Part shown: piece after piece, positions 27,405 through 36,856 of the stretch
How the letters are laid out: every line of letters starts with the position of its first letter
How positions within the stretch are numbered: position 1 is the stretch's first letter
Assembly (NCBI GenBank): GCA_963703575.1
Contig: CAVPEU010000016.1
Location: 3,292-67,291 of the forward strand
DNA from: an uncultured Chloroflexia bacterium
Lineage (GTDB): Bacteria; Chloroflexota; Limnocylindria; Limnocylindrales; CSP1-4
DNA: 64,000 nucleotides
Direction: 5' to 3'
Program-made: the position numbers and the translations under genes
The notes under the pieces: model-generated
The model's database searches: none
What the model saw: only the letters and a program-made list of their open reading frames with translations
What the model was told of the DNA's origin: nothing

Positions 27405-28309
27405 ATGTCAGACGCTCAGTCCTTGGATACGCAAGACCCGAGGGGATTCCTGAGGTCTGGCATCGCAGAAGGCCGGCTCTCACCTGCAGACGTCATCCTG
27501 GGCATCGAGTCCGAGATCACATCCGGCAGGCTGCCGCTGGGCTCAATGTTGCCGGGAGAACGGGCGCTTGCGCTCGCGTACGGGGTTAGTCGGCCGCTCG
27601 TTCGGGAAGCGCTCCGCAACCTCGTCGGCAGGGGTTTGCTGGAGGTCAGACCCGGTCGAGGCACCTTTGTCACGGGCGTCACCGGATTCGGCAGGCTCGA
27701 CTCGGGCGATCTGATGCGGCAATCGACGGCGAGGCAGGTCGTTGAGGCGCGCACGATCCTCGAAAGTCAGGCAGCTCGGCTGGCCGCCGAGCGTGCATCG
27801 GAACACGAGAATCTCCCTCATGGCCGCGACGCTCGAGCGTCTTGAAGCGAGCGTGACTCCCGTGGAGCAGGGGAAGGCTTGACCTTGCGTTTCACCTCAC
27901 GATCGCCCGAGCGAGCCGCAATCCCGTGGTGGAAGCGATGCTGCGATCGGTCGCGCCGCTCATGGTCAAACTCATGGTGCGTTCGATCGGGGACGGCACG
28001 ACGGCGCGGCTCAGCCATCCGTTTCACCGGGAGTGCCTCGAAGCGATCAAGGCCAGGGATGGAGATAGGGCGGAGGCAGCGATGGCGGCCCATCTCCGGG
28101 TCGCCGACATGAGTTACGGCGAAGGGTACGACGACCCGCTTGCCGCGACCACGACGCGGTACGCGCAGTCACTCGTGGAGGACTATGGCTCGCTCGACGC
28201 CCTCGTCGAAGCCGTCCTTCACGTCGAAGGAACCCCTGCCCCTTCTGCCGATGGGCGGGCGTCCGTCGGTCTACCCCCGTCAACAACGGGGCGGAGCCTG
28301 CGGCGTTGA
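27405..28309 (+). pseudogene. FadR/GntR family transcriptional regulator, frameshifted ~27815-27930
   Basis: LPGERALALAYGVSRPLVREALRNL..RPGRGTFV; FCD domain EARTILE..HRECLEAIKARDGDRAEAAMAAHL. Confidence 0.85.
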
Positions 28310-28437
28310 GCACGGACCCTCAGGGCTGACGCAGTGTGGAAGGTCGGATGAACCCGCGCGTAGGTGGTCGACTGGCCCACCCGGTTTCCTGGTGCCGGCG
28401 CGGCGGCCGCACCACAAAGCCATGGAGGCACGAAGCA

Positions 28438-28590
28438 ATGCAGATCGGAAGGGTCGGCCTCGGCCGCAGTGGCGTCAACATGGCGCGACGCTGCGGCGCC
28501 ATGGCCACACCATGATCGGGTTCGCGCGGACCGCCGCGACAGTCGAGGGCGCCATCGACGGGGGCTCGACCTCCCTCGTTGAGTCTCTGG
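28438..28590 (+). pseudogene. N-terminal remnant of 6-phosphogluconate dehydrogenase
   Basis: RBS GGAGG, then MQIGRVGLGRSGVNMARR/..HGHTMIGFART; truncated after ~50 codons. Confidence 0.65.
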
Positions 28591-28663
28591 GGGCGCGGGT
28601 CAGTGTCGGCGATGCGCTGGGGATTCGGCGGCCACGTCGAGCTCGAGACAGGAGACAGATAGG

Positions 28664-29743
28664 ATGGCACTCTCGATCAAGCCGGCTGGGGGGATCGACC
28701 TCCTCGCCCTCGGCGGCCTCGCCATCCGCTTCGACACCGGGGTGATTCCGTTCCGCAAGGCGCGCGCCGCCGATATCCATGTCTCCGGCGCCGAGTTCAA
28801 CGTCGCGTTCAACCTTGCCGATTGCTTCGGCATGCGCACCGCGGTCGCGACCGCGATGGTCGACTACCCGGTCGGCGACCTCGTCCGCGAGCGCGTCCGG
28901 GCCGCCGGGGTCATGCCCTTCTATCGCGCCTTCGCCCACGATGGCGTGACCGGGCCCAACATCGCGACGGTCTACTCCGACCGCGGCATGGGCATTCGGG
29001 CTCCGGTCGTGTTCTACAACCGGGCCAACGAGGCGGCAGCACAGCTCCGGCCCGGCGACTTCGACTGGGACGCCATGCTCGGAGACCACGGCGTGCGCTG
29101 GTTCCACTCCGGCGGCCTCTTCGAGGCGCTGTCGGAGACGGCTCCCGACGTCGTGATCGAGGCGATGGCGGCCGCACGTCGACACGGCGTGGTCACGAGC
29201 TTCGACCTGAACTTCCGACCGAAGCTCTGGAACCGCCTTGGCGGCCAGGTTCGAGCCCAGGAGATCACCCGCCGGATCGTCGAGCACGTCGACGTCCTGG
29301 TCGCCAATGAGGAGGACATGCAGCTCGCCCTCGGCATCGAAGGCCCCGAGGCCGGGAAGGCAGGCGGGCTCGACGTGTCCGCTTTCGTCGGGATGATCGA
29401 GCGAGTGACCGCGGAATTCCCGAGGATCGCACTTGTCGCCGCCACCCTCCGTGAGGTCGTCAGCACCAGCCGCCACCGCTGGAGCGCGGTCGTGGCGGTC
29501 GACGGCGCGGTCCATCAGGCGCCGACCATCGAGCTCGACGTCTACGATCGCGTCGGCGGCGGCGACGGCTTCGCCTCCGGCCTCTTATACGGCTTGCTCA
29601 ACGGCCGGCCGATCGACGAGGCGTTGCGCTTGGGCTGGGCCCACGGCGCCCTGCTCACCACCTTCCCGGGCGACACCACGATGGCGACGATCGACGAGGT
29701 GGAGGCACTCGCTGCCGGCGGATCATCCCGGATCCCACGATGA
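28664..29743 (+). CDS. kdgK: PfkB sugar kinase, 2-dehydro-3-deoxygluconokinase-like
   Basis: SGAEFNVA, WFHSGG, SFDLNFRPKLW, ANEED, DRVGGGDGFASG. Confidence 0.82.
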   Translation: MALSIKPAGGIDLLALGGLAIRFDTGVIPFRKARAADIHVSGAEFNVAFNLADCFGMRTAVATAMVDYPVGDLVRERVRAAGVMPFYRAFAHDGVTGPNIATVYSDRGMGIRAPVVFYNRANEAAAQLRPGDFDWDAMLGDHGVRWFHSGGLFEALSETAPDVVIEAMAAARRHGVVTSFDLNFRPKLWNRLGGQVRAQEITRRIVEHVDVLVANEEDMQLALGIEGPEAGKAGGLDVSAFVGMIERVTAEFPRIALVAATLREVVSTSRHRWSAVVAVDGAVHQAPTIELDVYDRVGGGDGFASGLLYGLLNGRPIDEALRLGWAHGALLTTFPGDTTMATIDEVEALAAGGSSRIPR

Positions 29744-29867
29744 CGGGCGCGATTGTCAGGGGTGACGGGTCGAGGACCAGAGAAGTGTCATCGCCCTGCT
29801 TCTGGCCATCTACGCGCCGCATCGTCCTGCGTCCGTCGCCACCCATCCTTCCCTCGGAGGTACTCCC

Positions 29868-30779
29868 GTGAGCATTCTCGACTCGTTTCGCCTCGACGGC
29901 AAGGCCGCCCTCGTCACCGGCTCCGGCCAGGGCATCGGGCGGGTCTTCGCGCTCGCTCTCGCCGAGGCCGGCGCCGACGTCCTGATCGTCGACATCAACG
30001 ACAGGACGGGGCCTCTCGTCGCGGATGAGGTTCGTGCCCTCGGCCGGAGGTCGGCGTTCGTGAAGACCGACGTCACGGTCGAGGCCGACTGCCAGCGGAT
30101 GGTCGACGTGGCGGTGGCCGAGTTCGGCGGCCTCGATATCGCCGTCAACAGTGCCTGGGCCGGTGGCCGGGCCGGGGCGGCGAAGGGCGTCAGGACGACG
30201 GCCGCTGATCTACCGGTCGACGAATGGGACTTCATCCACGGCCTGCTGCTTCGCGGCGTCTTCATGTGCTGCCGGGCCGAGGGCCAGGCGATGATGGCGC
30301 GCGGGCGGGGGCGCATCATCAACATGGCGTCGATGTCGGCCTACATCATGAACGCGAACGCGGCCTACTGCTCCGCGAAGGCGGGCGTGATCGCGCTCTC
30401 CAAGCGCCTCGCCGTCGAATGGGGCCCCTACAACATCAATGTCAACTCGATCAGCCCGTCGTACACGCTGTCGCCCGCGCGGCGCAGTGATTCGCAGGAG
30501 TACCGCAACCTCATCCGGTCCCTGCATCCGGTTGGCTGGCACGAGCGACCGGACGACATCGCCGGCACCCTGGTCTACCTGGCGTCGGACGCGTCGGCCT
30601 ACGTGACCGGCCACGACGTCCTCGTCGACGGTGGCCACACCCTGAACGTCTGGCTGTCCCCGATCGAGCGAATATACCCGCCGCTCGTGTCCGTCGAGGA
30701 GGAGACGCGGTCCCTGATCCACGACCTCGACATACTCGGCATGGCCCACGACGCGAACGGGGTAGTGGTCGGCGAGTAG
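29868..30779 (+). CDS. SDR family oxidoreductase
   Basis: VTGSGQGIG, IINMASMS, YCSAK (YxxxK), YVTGHDVLVDGG. Confidence 0.9.
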   Translation: MSILDSFRLDGKAALVTGSGQGIGRVFALALAEAGADVLIVDINDRTGPLVADEVRALGRRSAFVKTDVTVEADCQRMVDVAVAEFGGLDIAVNSAWAGGRAGAAKGVRTTAADLPVDEWDFIHGLLLRGVFMCCRAEGQAMMARGRGRIINMASMSAYIMNANAAYCSAKAGVIALSKRLAVEWGPYNINVNSISPSYTLSPARRSDSQEYRNLIRSLHPVGWHERPDDIAGTLVYLASDASAYVTGHDVLVDGGHTLNVWLSPIERIYPPLVSVEEETRSLIHDLDILGMAHDANGVVVGE

Positions 30780-30972
30780 GGTCTTCGGACCGCAGGACTC
30801 AGCCGACGATCCCCGAAGGCTGGAGCCCGGGCAGCGGGCCACCCGACCTTGGTTTGGTCAGCTCGGGCTCGGGGCCGCGACCCGCGTCACGGGCCGCGAG
30901 GTCGGCGTCCAGCTGTGCGATGCGTCCAGTCGCGCGAGCGTCACAGAGTCGACGTTCCACCGTCATCGGAGC

Positions 30973-31420
30973 CCAGTCGATCACGATCACCATCGGCGAC
31001 ATAGCCGTCGACGACATCATCCGCCAGCAAGCCCAGCCGCTGGCCCGACGCGGCGCTCGAGCCCGACAGCACGATGGCGTCGTCCGACTTCACGGCCTTC
31101 AGCTCCGACGGATGGGCACGCAGGCGGACGACGGCCGCCCTGGCCACGAGCCGTGACCGAAGCCCGGACAATCCGCGCCGTTCCAGCAGCTGCCGCAATC
31201 TGTATCGGGAGCGACGATCGAGCCAGGTGGCGTCTTCGCCGGCCGCGAGCGCGATAACGCCCCAGGCATCGCTCGCCGAGAGCCGCCGTCCTCCACGGGG
31301 CGCCGCCGCCGCCCGGCGCTCGACGGATTCGGCGTCGATCACGTACTGGCGGGCGCCCATCCGTCCGGCCTCGAGGGCTCCTGCTCGGATCAGGGCACGG
31401 ACACGCTGGGCTGTGATGCC
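30973..31420 (-). pseudogene. N-terminal part (start lost) of the HTH/AbiEi-like antitoxin gene
   Basis: GITAQRVRALIRAGALEAGRMGARQYVID (excisionase-type HTH), ..VLSGSSAA..VDGYVADGDRDRL. Confidence 0.7.
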
Positions 31421-32488
31421 GTACGGATCGAGGTTGGCGGGGTGGATCGCAAGGTGGACGTCCGGCGCCTGCGGGCGCGGTTGGGCGAGACGTATCGGCC
31501 GCTGCTGGAGCGCGGCGAGGTCGTCATGCGCCTGGACCGCGCGGCGGTCACGCCGCTGACCTGGACGCTGGAGGAGCGCCACGACGTCTCGGTTCGGGCC
31601 GGCGGCCGGGTGATCCACGGCTGGTGGGGCCTGTTGCCGGACCCGCTGCCGCTCTCGCCGCCGGATGCCGGGATCCGGCTCTACCACCTGGGGCGACTGG
31701 TGGGGTCGCCGGAGTGGTTCGGACACCCGGGTCCTGCGCAGCACCCGGCGCTCAACCGGCTGGTGGGCGAGCTGGAGCTGCCGCACGTGCAGGTGACGAT
31801 GAACAAGGCGGACGTGGACCGCGGCTCTCCTGTCTGGGCGTCCGTGGAGGCGCGGCTGCACGGGCTGCTGGCGCCCGCGGTGCGGCGGCTGACACGGGAC
31901 GTGGAGGTGGCGCCGAGCGCCAGCGCGCTCCGCACGGCGGACCAGGTGCGGCGCATCCTCGCCCGGGCGCTGCGGATGCTGGAGTCCGGCAGGCTGTTCG
32001 AGAGCGAGCTCGGCGTGGGCAACGAGGGCCCGGGCGGCCAGCTGACGCTCGACTCGCCGGTGCACGCGCCGCCGGAGGCCGCTCCCACCCCGGCCGAGGC
32101 GATCGCGGGAGAGACGGAGGATGGCCCGGAGGCGCCGCCGCAACCGGCGAACCCACGTCGCGGGGGTTCCGGGCCGGGGTCGCGATCCGGCGTCGGCGAG
32201 GTCGTGATCCGTTCACTCGACCCGCGGCTCCGCAGCGCGATGGTCGTGGAGGACGGCGTGCGCCGGGTGGTCATCAACGCCCGCTACCCGCTGTACGAGG
32301 TCCGCAAGGGCGACCTCTGGTACCAGCTGGAGACCGCACTCCGCGAGGTGTGCGTGACGATCCCGGAGGCCACGGTCCCGGAGTTCGAGCGCAAGGTCAA
32401 CGAGCTGATGCTGGTGTCACTCTCGCTGGCGGATCGGCGCCGCCGCCGCCCGACCCGGAGGAAGGACAGCGCCCCGACGCTGCTCTGA
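31421..32488 (+). pseudogene. 5'-truncated ATP-binding protein, probably the C-terminal part of a GHKL/MORC-like ATPase
   Basis: Frame opens at VRIEVGGVDRK (like the GTxI strand ending GHKL domains); GIRLYHLGRLV, RLVGELEL, NKADVD, VVINARYPLY; no RBS or N-terminal domain. Confidence 0.55.
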
Positions 32489-32520
32489 GGCCGGACATGA
32501 GCGAGTTCGGGGCCCGGGCG

Positions 32521-32549
32521 TTGCCATACCACGGTCCGGTATGCATACT
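32521..32549 (+). promoter_or_regulatory. vapBC promoter with palindromic operator
   Basis: TTGCCA-N17-CATACT, containing CATACC..GGTATG. Confidence 0.6.
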
Positions 32550-32581
32550 CTCGGGGCAGCAACGTACAAGAGGTCCTTCGT

Positions 32582-32872
32582 ATGACGAATGTCGTCGGCG
32601 AGCGGTTCCAGATCACGATCGACAGGGCCGTGCGGGAGGCGCTCGGGATCCGGCCCGGTGATCGGGCGATCGAGCGGGCGGAGGGCGGCCGCCTGGTCAT
32701 CGACTTCATGCCGGCCCCACACCGGGAGTCCATGCTCGGGATCTTCCGCCGGCCCGACCTGCCCCCGATCACGGACTGGCAGGAGGTCAGGGACCGCGCG
32801 TGGGAGGCCCGCGACGGGGAGATCATGGAGGTCCTCGTGGAGGACAGCCGGCGGCACGCCGGAGACCGGTAG
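32582..32872 (+). CDS. vapB: AbrB/MazE/SpoVT-family antitoxin
   Basis: VGERFQITIDRAVREALGIRPGD; stop overlaps the toxin start. Confidence 0.85.
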   Translation: MTNVVGERFQITIDRAVREALGIRPGDRAIERAEGGRLVIDFMPAPHRESMLGIFRRPDLPPITDWQEVRDRAWEARDGEIMEVLVEDSRRHAGDR

Positions 32873-33276
32873 TGGCGGCCCGGGTCTTCTGCGACACGAG
32901 CGTCCTCGTGCGGTACTTCGCCGAGGACGACCCGCCGCGCGCCCTCGCGGCGGCAAGACTCTTCGACAGCGACGCCACCCTCGTCGTCTCCACGACCGCG
33001 CTGCTGGAGCTTGTCCACGTCCTGCGGACGGAGTTCAAGGTCGCGAACCCGAGACTCGGCGAGGGGCTGATCCGCTTCCTCACGCGCGACGGGGTGGAGC
33101 TCATCGATGCGGACCGGGGCGCGACCGTCGCCGCGATCCGCTGGTCCCTGCGCTCGTCCGCGCGCCGCCTCCCGGACGCGATCCTCGCCGCCGCCGCGGA
33201 GTACGCCCGCTGCGACGCCATCGCCACCTTCGACGAGCGCATGGAGTCCCCGACGGTCCCGGTCCGGCTGCTCTGA
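32872..33276 (+). CDS. vapC: PIN-domain toxin
   Basis: FCDTSVLVRY..ELVHVLR..PDAIL..ATFD. Confidence 0.88.
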   Translation: MAARVFCDTSVLVRYFAEDDPPRALAAARLFDSDATLVVSTTALLELVHVLRTEFKVANPRLGEGLIRFLTRDGVELIDADRGATVAAIRWSLRSSARRLPDAILAAAAEYARCDAIATFDERMESPTVPVRLL

Positions 33277-33346
33277 GCCGGGCACGGCATCCGGGCTGCA
33301 TGGATCTCATGCATACTCGCCGGGACACCATGCCAGGAGGAGCCCC

Positions 33347-34537
33347 GTGAGCGTCGGCACCCCGTTCCATCCCCGGACTGCGCCCCTCAACCGGAAGATG
33401 CAGTGGCGGGAATGGGCGGGCTACTACGCCTCCTCCGCGTACGCGGACGTCCACGACATCGAGTACAACGCGATCCGGGAGGCGGCTGCGGTCATCGACG
33501 TCAGCCCGCTGTCCAAGTACCGGCTGACCGGCCCGGACGTGATCCGTCTCGCCGACCGGGTCATCACCCGCGACGCGACCAGGCTCCGGGTCGGACAGGT
33601 CTACTACACGCCCTGGTGCGACGAGCACGGCAAGGTCATCGACGATGGGACGATCCATCGCGTGGGCGAGCACGAGCTCCGGTGGACCGCCGCCGACCCC
33701 CAGTACCGCTGGCTGAGCCAGAACGCCGCCGGCCTGGACGTCGAGATCGAGGACGTGACCGAGTCGCTGGCGGCCCTCGCCCTCCAGGGCCCGTTCAGCC
33801 GGGCGGTCCTCGAGGCCGCGACGGGCGAATCCTTCGCCGACCTGCGCTACTTCCGCCGCCGGACGTCGCGGATCGCGGGCATCGACATCGACGTCAGCCG
33901 GACCGGCTACACGGGCGACCTGGGCTTCGAGCTGTGGATCCCGGCCGGCGACGCGGCCGCGGTCTGGGATGCCCTGTTCACGGCCGGCAGGGCGTACGCG
34001 ATCCGCCCCGCGGGCATGCTGGCGCTGGACGTCGTGCGCCTCGAGGCGGGCCTGATCCTGCTGGAGGTGGACTACACCTCCGCGCGCCACGCGATGAACC
34101 CGGACCAGAACTACAGCCCGTTCGAGATCGGCCTGGGTCGCCTCGTGGACCTCGACAAGGCGGACTACGTCGGCAAGCGCGCCCTCCGGGCGGAGCAGGT
34201 CGCGGGTGGCCCGTCGCGCCGGCTGGCCGGCCTGGTGCTCGACTGGTACGACATCGAGCGCCTGTACGACGAGCAGGGTCTGCCGCCGTCGATCTCGCCG
34301 GTCATCGACCGTTCGCCCGTCCCGGTGTTCGCCGACGGCCGCCAGGTGGGCAAGGCCACCTCGCACGGCTGGAGCCCGCTCCTCAAGCAGGCGATCGCGC
34401 TCGCGTCCGTGCCCGCGCGCCACGCGCGCGTCGGAGGCAGGCTCCAGGTGGAGTGGACCGTCGAGGGCCGCCGCGGACGGGTGAACGCGACGGTCGTGGA
34501 GCTGCCGTTCCTGGACCTCGATCGGAAGCGCGCATGA
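33347..34537 (+). CDS. Aminomethyltransferase family protein (GcvT-like)
   Basis: EYNAIREAAAVIDVSPL, GKVIDDG, LALQGP, SRTGYTGDLGFE, RLEAG; RBS AGGAGG. Confidence 0.9.
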   Translation: MSVGTPFHPRTAPLNRKMQWREWAGYYASSAYADVHDIEYNAIREAAAVIDVSPLSKYRLTGPDVIRLADRVITRDATRLRVGQVYYTPWCDEHGKVIDDGTIHRVGEHELRWTAADPQYRWLSQNAAGLDVEIEDVTESLAALALQGPFSRAVLEAATGESFADLRYFRRRTSRIAGIDIDVSRTGYTGDLGFELWIPAGDAAAVWDALFTAGRAYAIRPAGMLALDVVRLEAGLILLEVDYTSARHAMNPDQNYSPFEIGLGRLVDLDKADYVGKRALRAEQVAGGPSRRLAGLVLDWYDIERLYDEQGLPPSISPVIDRSPVPVFADGRQVGKATSHGWSPLLKQAIALASVPARHARVGGRLQVEWTVEGRRGRVNATVVELPFLDLDRKRA

Positions 34538-35925
34538 CCGGCCCGAGCGCGGACTTCGCCGCCTTCGATCGCGTCGTCGACGCGCGGCTCGAGCGCTGGA
34601 CGCAGGAGCTGGTCGAGTTCATCGCGGTCTCGTCCGAGGGCGGCGACGTGCCCGGCCTCCGCGCGGCCGCGGACTGGACCGTGGACCGGCTCCGGCGCCT
34701 GGGCGCGACGGTCGAGATCCTCGAGATCGAGGGCGCCCCGCCGCTGGTCGTCGGGGAGATCGGTGGCGGGCCGCGGACGCTCACCGCCGTCGGGCACTAC
34801 GACGTCCAGCCCGCGGCGCCGCTGGAACTGTGGACGACCCCGCCGTACGAGCCGGACGTTCGCGACGGACGGGTCTGGGGGCGCGGCGCGACCGACAACA
34901 AGGGCGAGCTGCTGCCGCGGATCTGGGCCGTCGAGGCGTGGCTGGAGGCGATGGGACCGCTCCCCTGCCGGGTCCGGTTCCTCGTGGAGGGGCAGGAGGA
35001 GAGCGGCAGCAACGCCCTCGACGCGCTGCTGGACCTGCGGCCGTCCCTCCGCGAGGCGGACGCGGCGCTGATCGAGGGCGGCGGCCTGGACCTGGCGGGC
35101 CGACCGGACATCGTCGGCGGGGGCAAGGGGATCGTCGTCCTCGAGCTCCACCTGCGGACGATGGCGCACGACGCCCATTCCAGCCTGTCGGTCGTGTTGC
35201 CCAATGCGGGGCACCGGCTGGTGCAGGCGCTGGCGACGTTCTGGGACGTGGACGGCCGGCCGGCGGTCGCCGGTCTCGACGTCGGCAAGCGTCCGCCGAC
35301 GGAGGCACAGCTGGCGACGATCGCGGGCATGGATCGCCAGGAGCTGGCCGACATCCGGGCCGACTGGCAGGTGGACCGGTTCCTCGGCGGGCTCGACGGC
35401 GTCGCGGCCATGGAGGCGCTGACGTTCGAGACGACGCTCAACCTCGAGGGGCTGTGGGCCGGCCACACGGAGGCCACGCCCAAGACCGTGACGCCCGCCG
35501 AGGCCCACGCGCGCCTCGACGTCCGGATCGTGCCGGACCAGCGGCCGGCCGACATCGTCGCCGCGATCCGCCGTCACCTGGACGATCGCGGGTTCCCGGA
35601 CGTCGAGGTCGTGATGCGCGAGGGCGAGCCCGCCTGGTGGACGCCGCCGGACCACGTGGTCGTCACGACCGCCGCGCGGGTGAGCGAGGAGGTCACCGGC
35701 CTCGAGGCGAGCGTCGGGATCTCGATGGCGGGCACGGTGCCGATGTACCAGGTGTGCGCGCGGCATCGCGTGCCCGCCACGTCGCTCGGGACCGGCCGCG
35801 CGGACTGCCGGGCGCACGCCCCCGACGAGAACATCCGGATCGAGGACCTGGCCGCGGCGGCGCGGATCACGGGGCGCTTCCTGGACGCGTTCGCCAGCCT
35901 GCCCGAGGTGCCGCGGGTCCCCTGA
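34534..35925 (+). CDS. M20/M25/M40 family metallohydrolase
   Basis: GHYDVQP, GRGATDNKG, EGQEESGS, AHAPDENI. Confidence 0.9.
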   Translation: MTGPSADFAAFDRVVDARLERWTQELVEFIAVSSEGGDVPGLRAAADWTVDRLRRLGATVEILEIEGAPPLVVGEIGGGPRTLTAVGHYDVQPAAPLELWTTPPYEPDVRDGRVWGRGATDNKGELLPRIWAVEAWLEAMGPLPCRVRFLVEGQEESGSNALDALLDLRPSLREADAALIEGGGLDLAGRPDIVGGGKGIVVLELHLRTMAHDAHSSLSVVLPNAGHRLVQALATFWDVDGRPAVAGLDVGKRPPTEAQLATIAGMDRQELADIRADWQVDRFLGGLDGVAAMEALTFETTLNLEGLWAGHTEATPKTVTPAEAHARLDVRIVPDQRPADIVAAIRRHLDDRGFPDVEVVMREGEPAWWTPPDHVVVTTAARVSEEVTGLEASVGISMAGTVPMYQVCARHRVPATSLGTGRADCRAHAPDENIRIEDLAAAARITGRFLDAFASLPEVPRVP

Positions 35926-35927
35926 TC

Positions 35928-36028
35928 CGCCGGTGCCTCGCCGCCGGTGCCTCGCCGCCGGGGCCTCGCCGTAGGTCAGCCGGTCAGCCGGTCAGCCGCC
36001 GGCCGCCGGTCAGCCGGGGGTCAGCCGC
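35928..36028. repeat. Short tandem repeats between convergent genes
   Basis: CGCCGGTGCCTCGC x~3, then GGTCAGCC x~5. Confidence 0.75.
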
Positions 36029-36722
36029 CGAGGACGCTCCCGCCGCCGCTGGTCGTCACGTTCACGCTGGCCGGCGGCTGCGTCAGGCGGATCGTCGCAC
36101 CCCCACTGGCGGTGCCCGACAGGGCGTCCACGACGTTGAGCTCGGCCTGGCAACCGCCGGACGCGGCGACCGTCGCCGAATCCGTCACCAGCCCGCCCAG
36201 CTTCGCCTGGGCGCCGCTGGACGCCGTGAGCGTGAGGGTGCGGGTGCGGCCGGTGGCCTCCAGGAGCGCGCCCCCGGACACGTCGAGCGCGAGCGCGTCA
36301 CCCATGGTGGCCAGTGTCCCGTTCGCGCCCCCGGAGAGCGTCACCGAGCGCACGTCGGGCGCGACCACCGTGAGGGTCATCGGCTGGGAGGTGCTGACGC
36401 CCGGCGCCCCGATGTTGACGATCAGCTGTCCGCCCGCGACCTCCGTCGTGATCAGGGGCAGCAGATTGGGCTGGGCGGCGACCTTGACGGACGTCGGCGA
36501 GCCGGCGGTGACCTCGACGCGCAGCCCGCCACCCACGCTCAGGTGCCGGAAGTCGCCGCTCGTCCGGTCCTCGGACGTGACGGAACCCTGGCCGATGACG
36601 GGGCCGGGCGTGGTGGCGATGGGCGCCAGTCCGGCACATGCCGCCAGCGCGGCCGAGAGGGTCGCCGCGAGCAGCGGCAGGGCCAGGGTGGATCCGGCGC
36701 GGCGAGGCGCGCGAGAGCGCAT
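36021..36722 (-). CDS. GIN/DUF2807-domain lipoprotein
   Basis: Lipobox LAAC; GQGSVTSEDR, NLLPLITTEV; repeated SGG(A/C) beta-helix motifs. Confidence 0.8.
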   Translation of the reverse strand: MRSRAPRRAGSTLALPLLAATLSAALAACAGLAPIATTPGPVIGQGSVTSEDRTSGDFRHLSVGGGLRVEVTAGSPTSVKVAAQPNLLPLITTEVAGGQLIVNIGAPGVSTSQPMTLTVVAPDVRSVTLSGGANGTLATMGDALALDVSGGALLEATGRTRTLTLTASSGAQAKLGGLVTDSATVAASGGCQAELNVVDALSGTASGGATIRLTQPPASVNVTTSGGGSVLGG

Positions 36723-36856
36723 GGGCAGACTCCTCGAGGGGCGCACCGAGAGGATGCCGCGCGCGAAGGCGGCGCCGGAGGGCCGGTGGTCGCCCCGGTG
36801 CGGGCCGGATGGCTCGGGCGGCTCGGGCGCCCCGGGGGCCGGCCCCCTTACCCGGC

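Noticed and set aside
22724-33300. Intact integrative element with attL/attR at tRNA-Gly
   Set aside because: The integrase is degraded and I found no second copy of the tRNA 3' end in the window (searched by eye).
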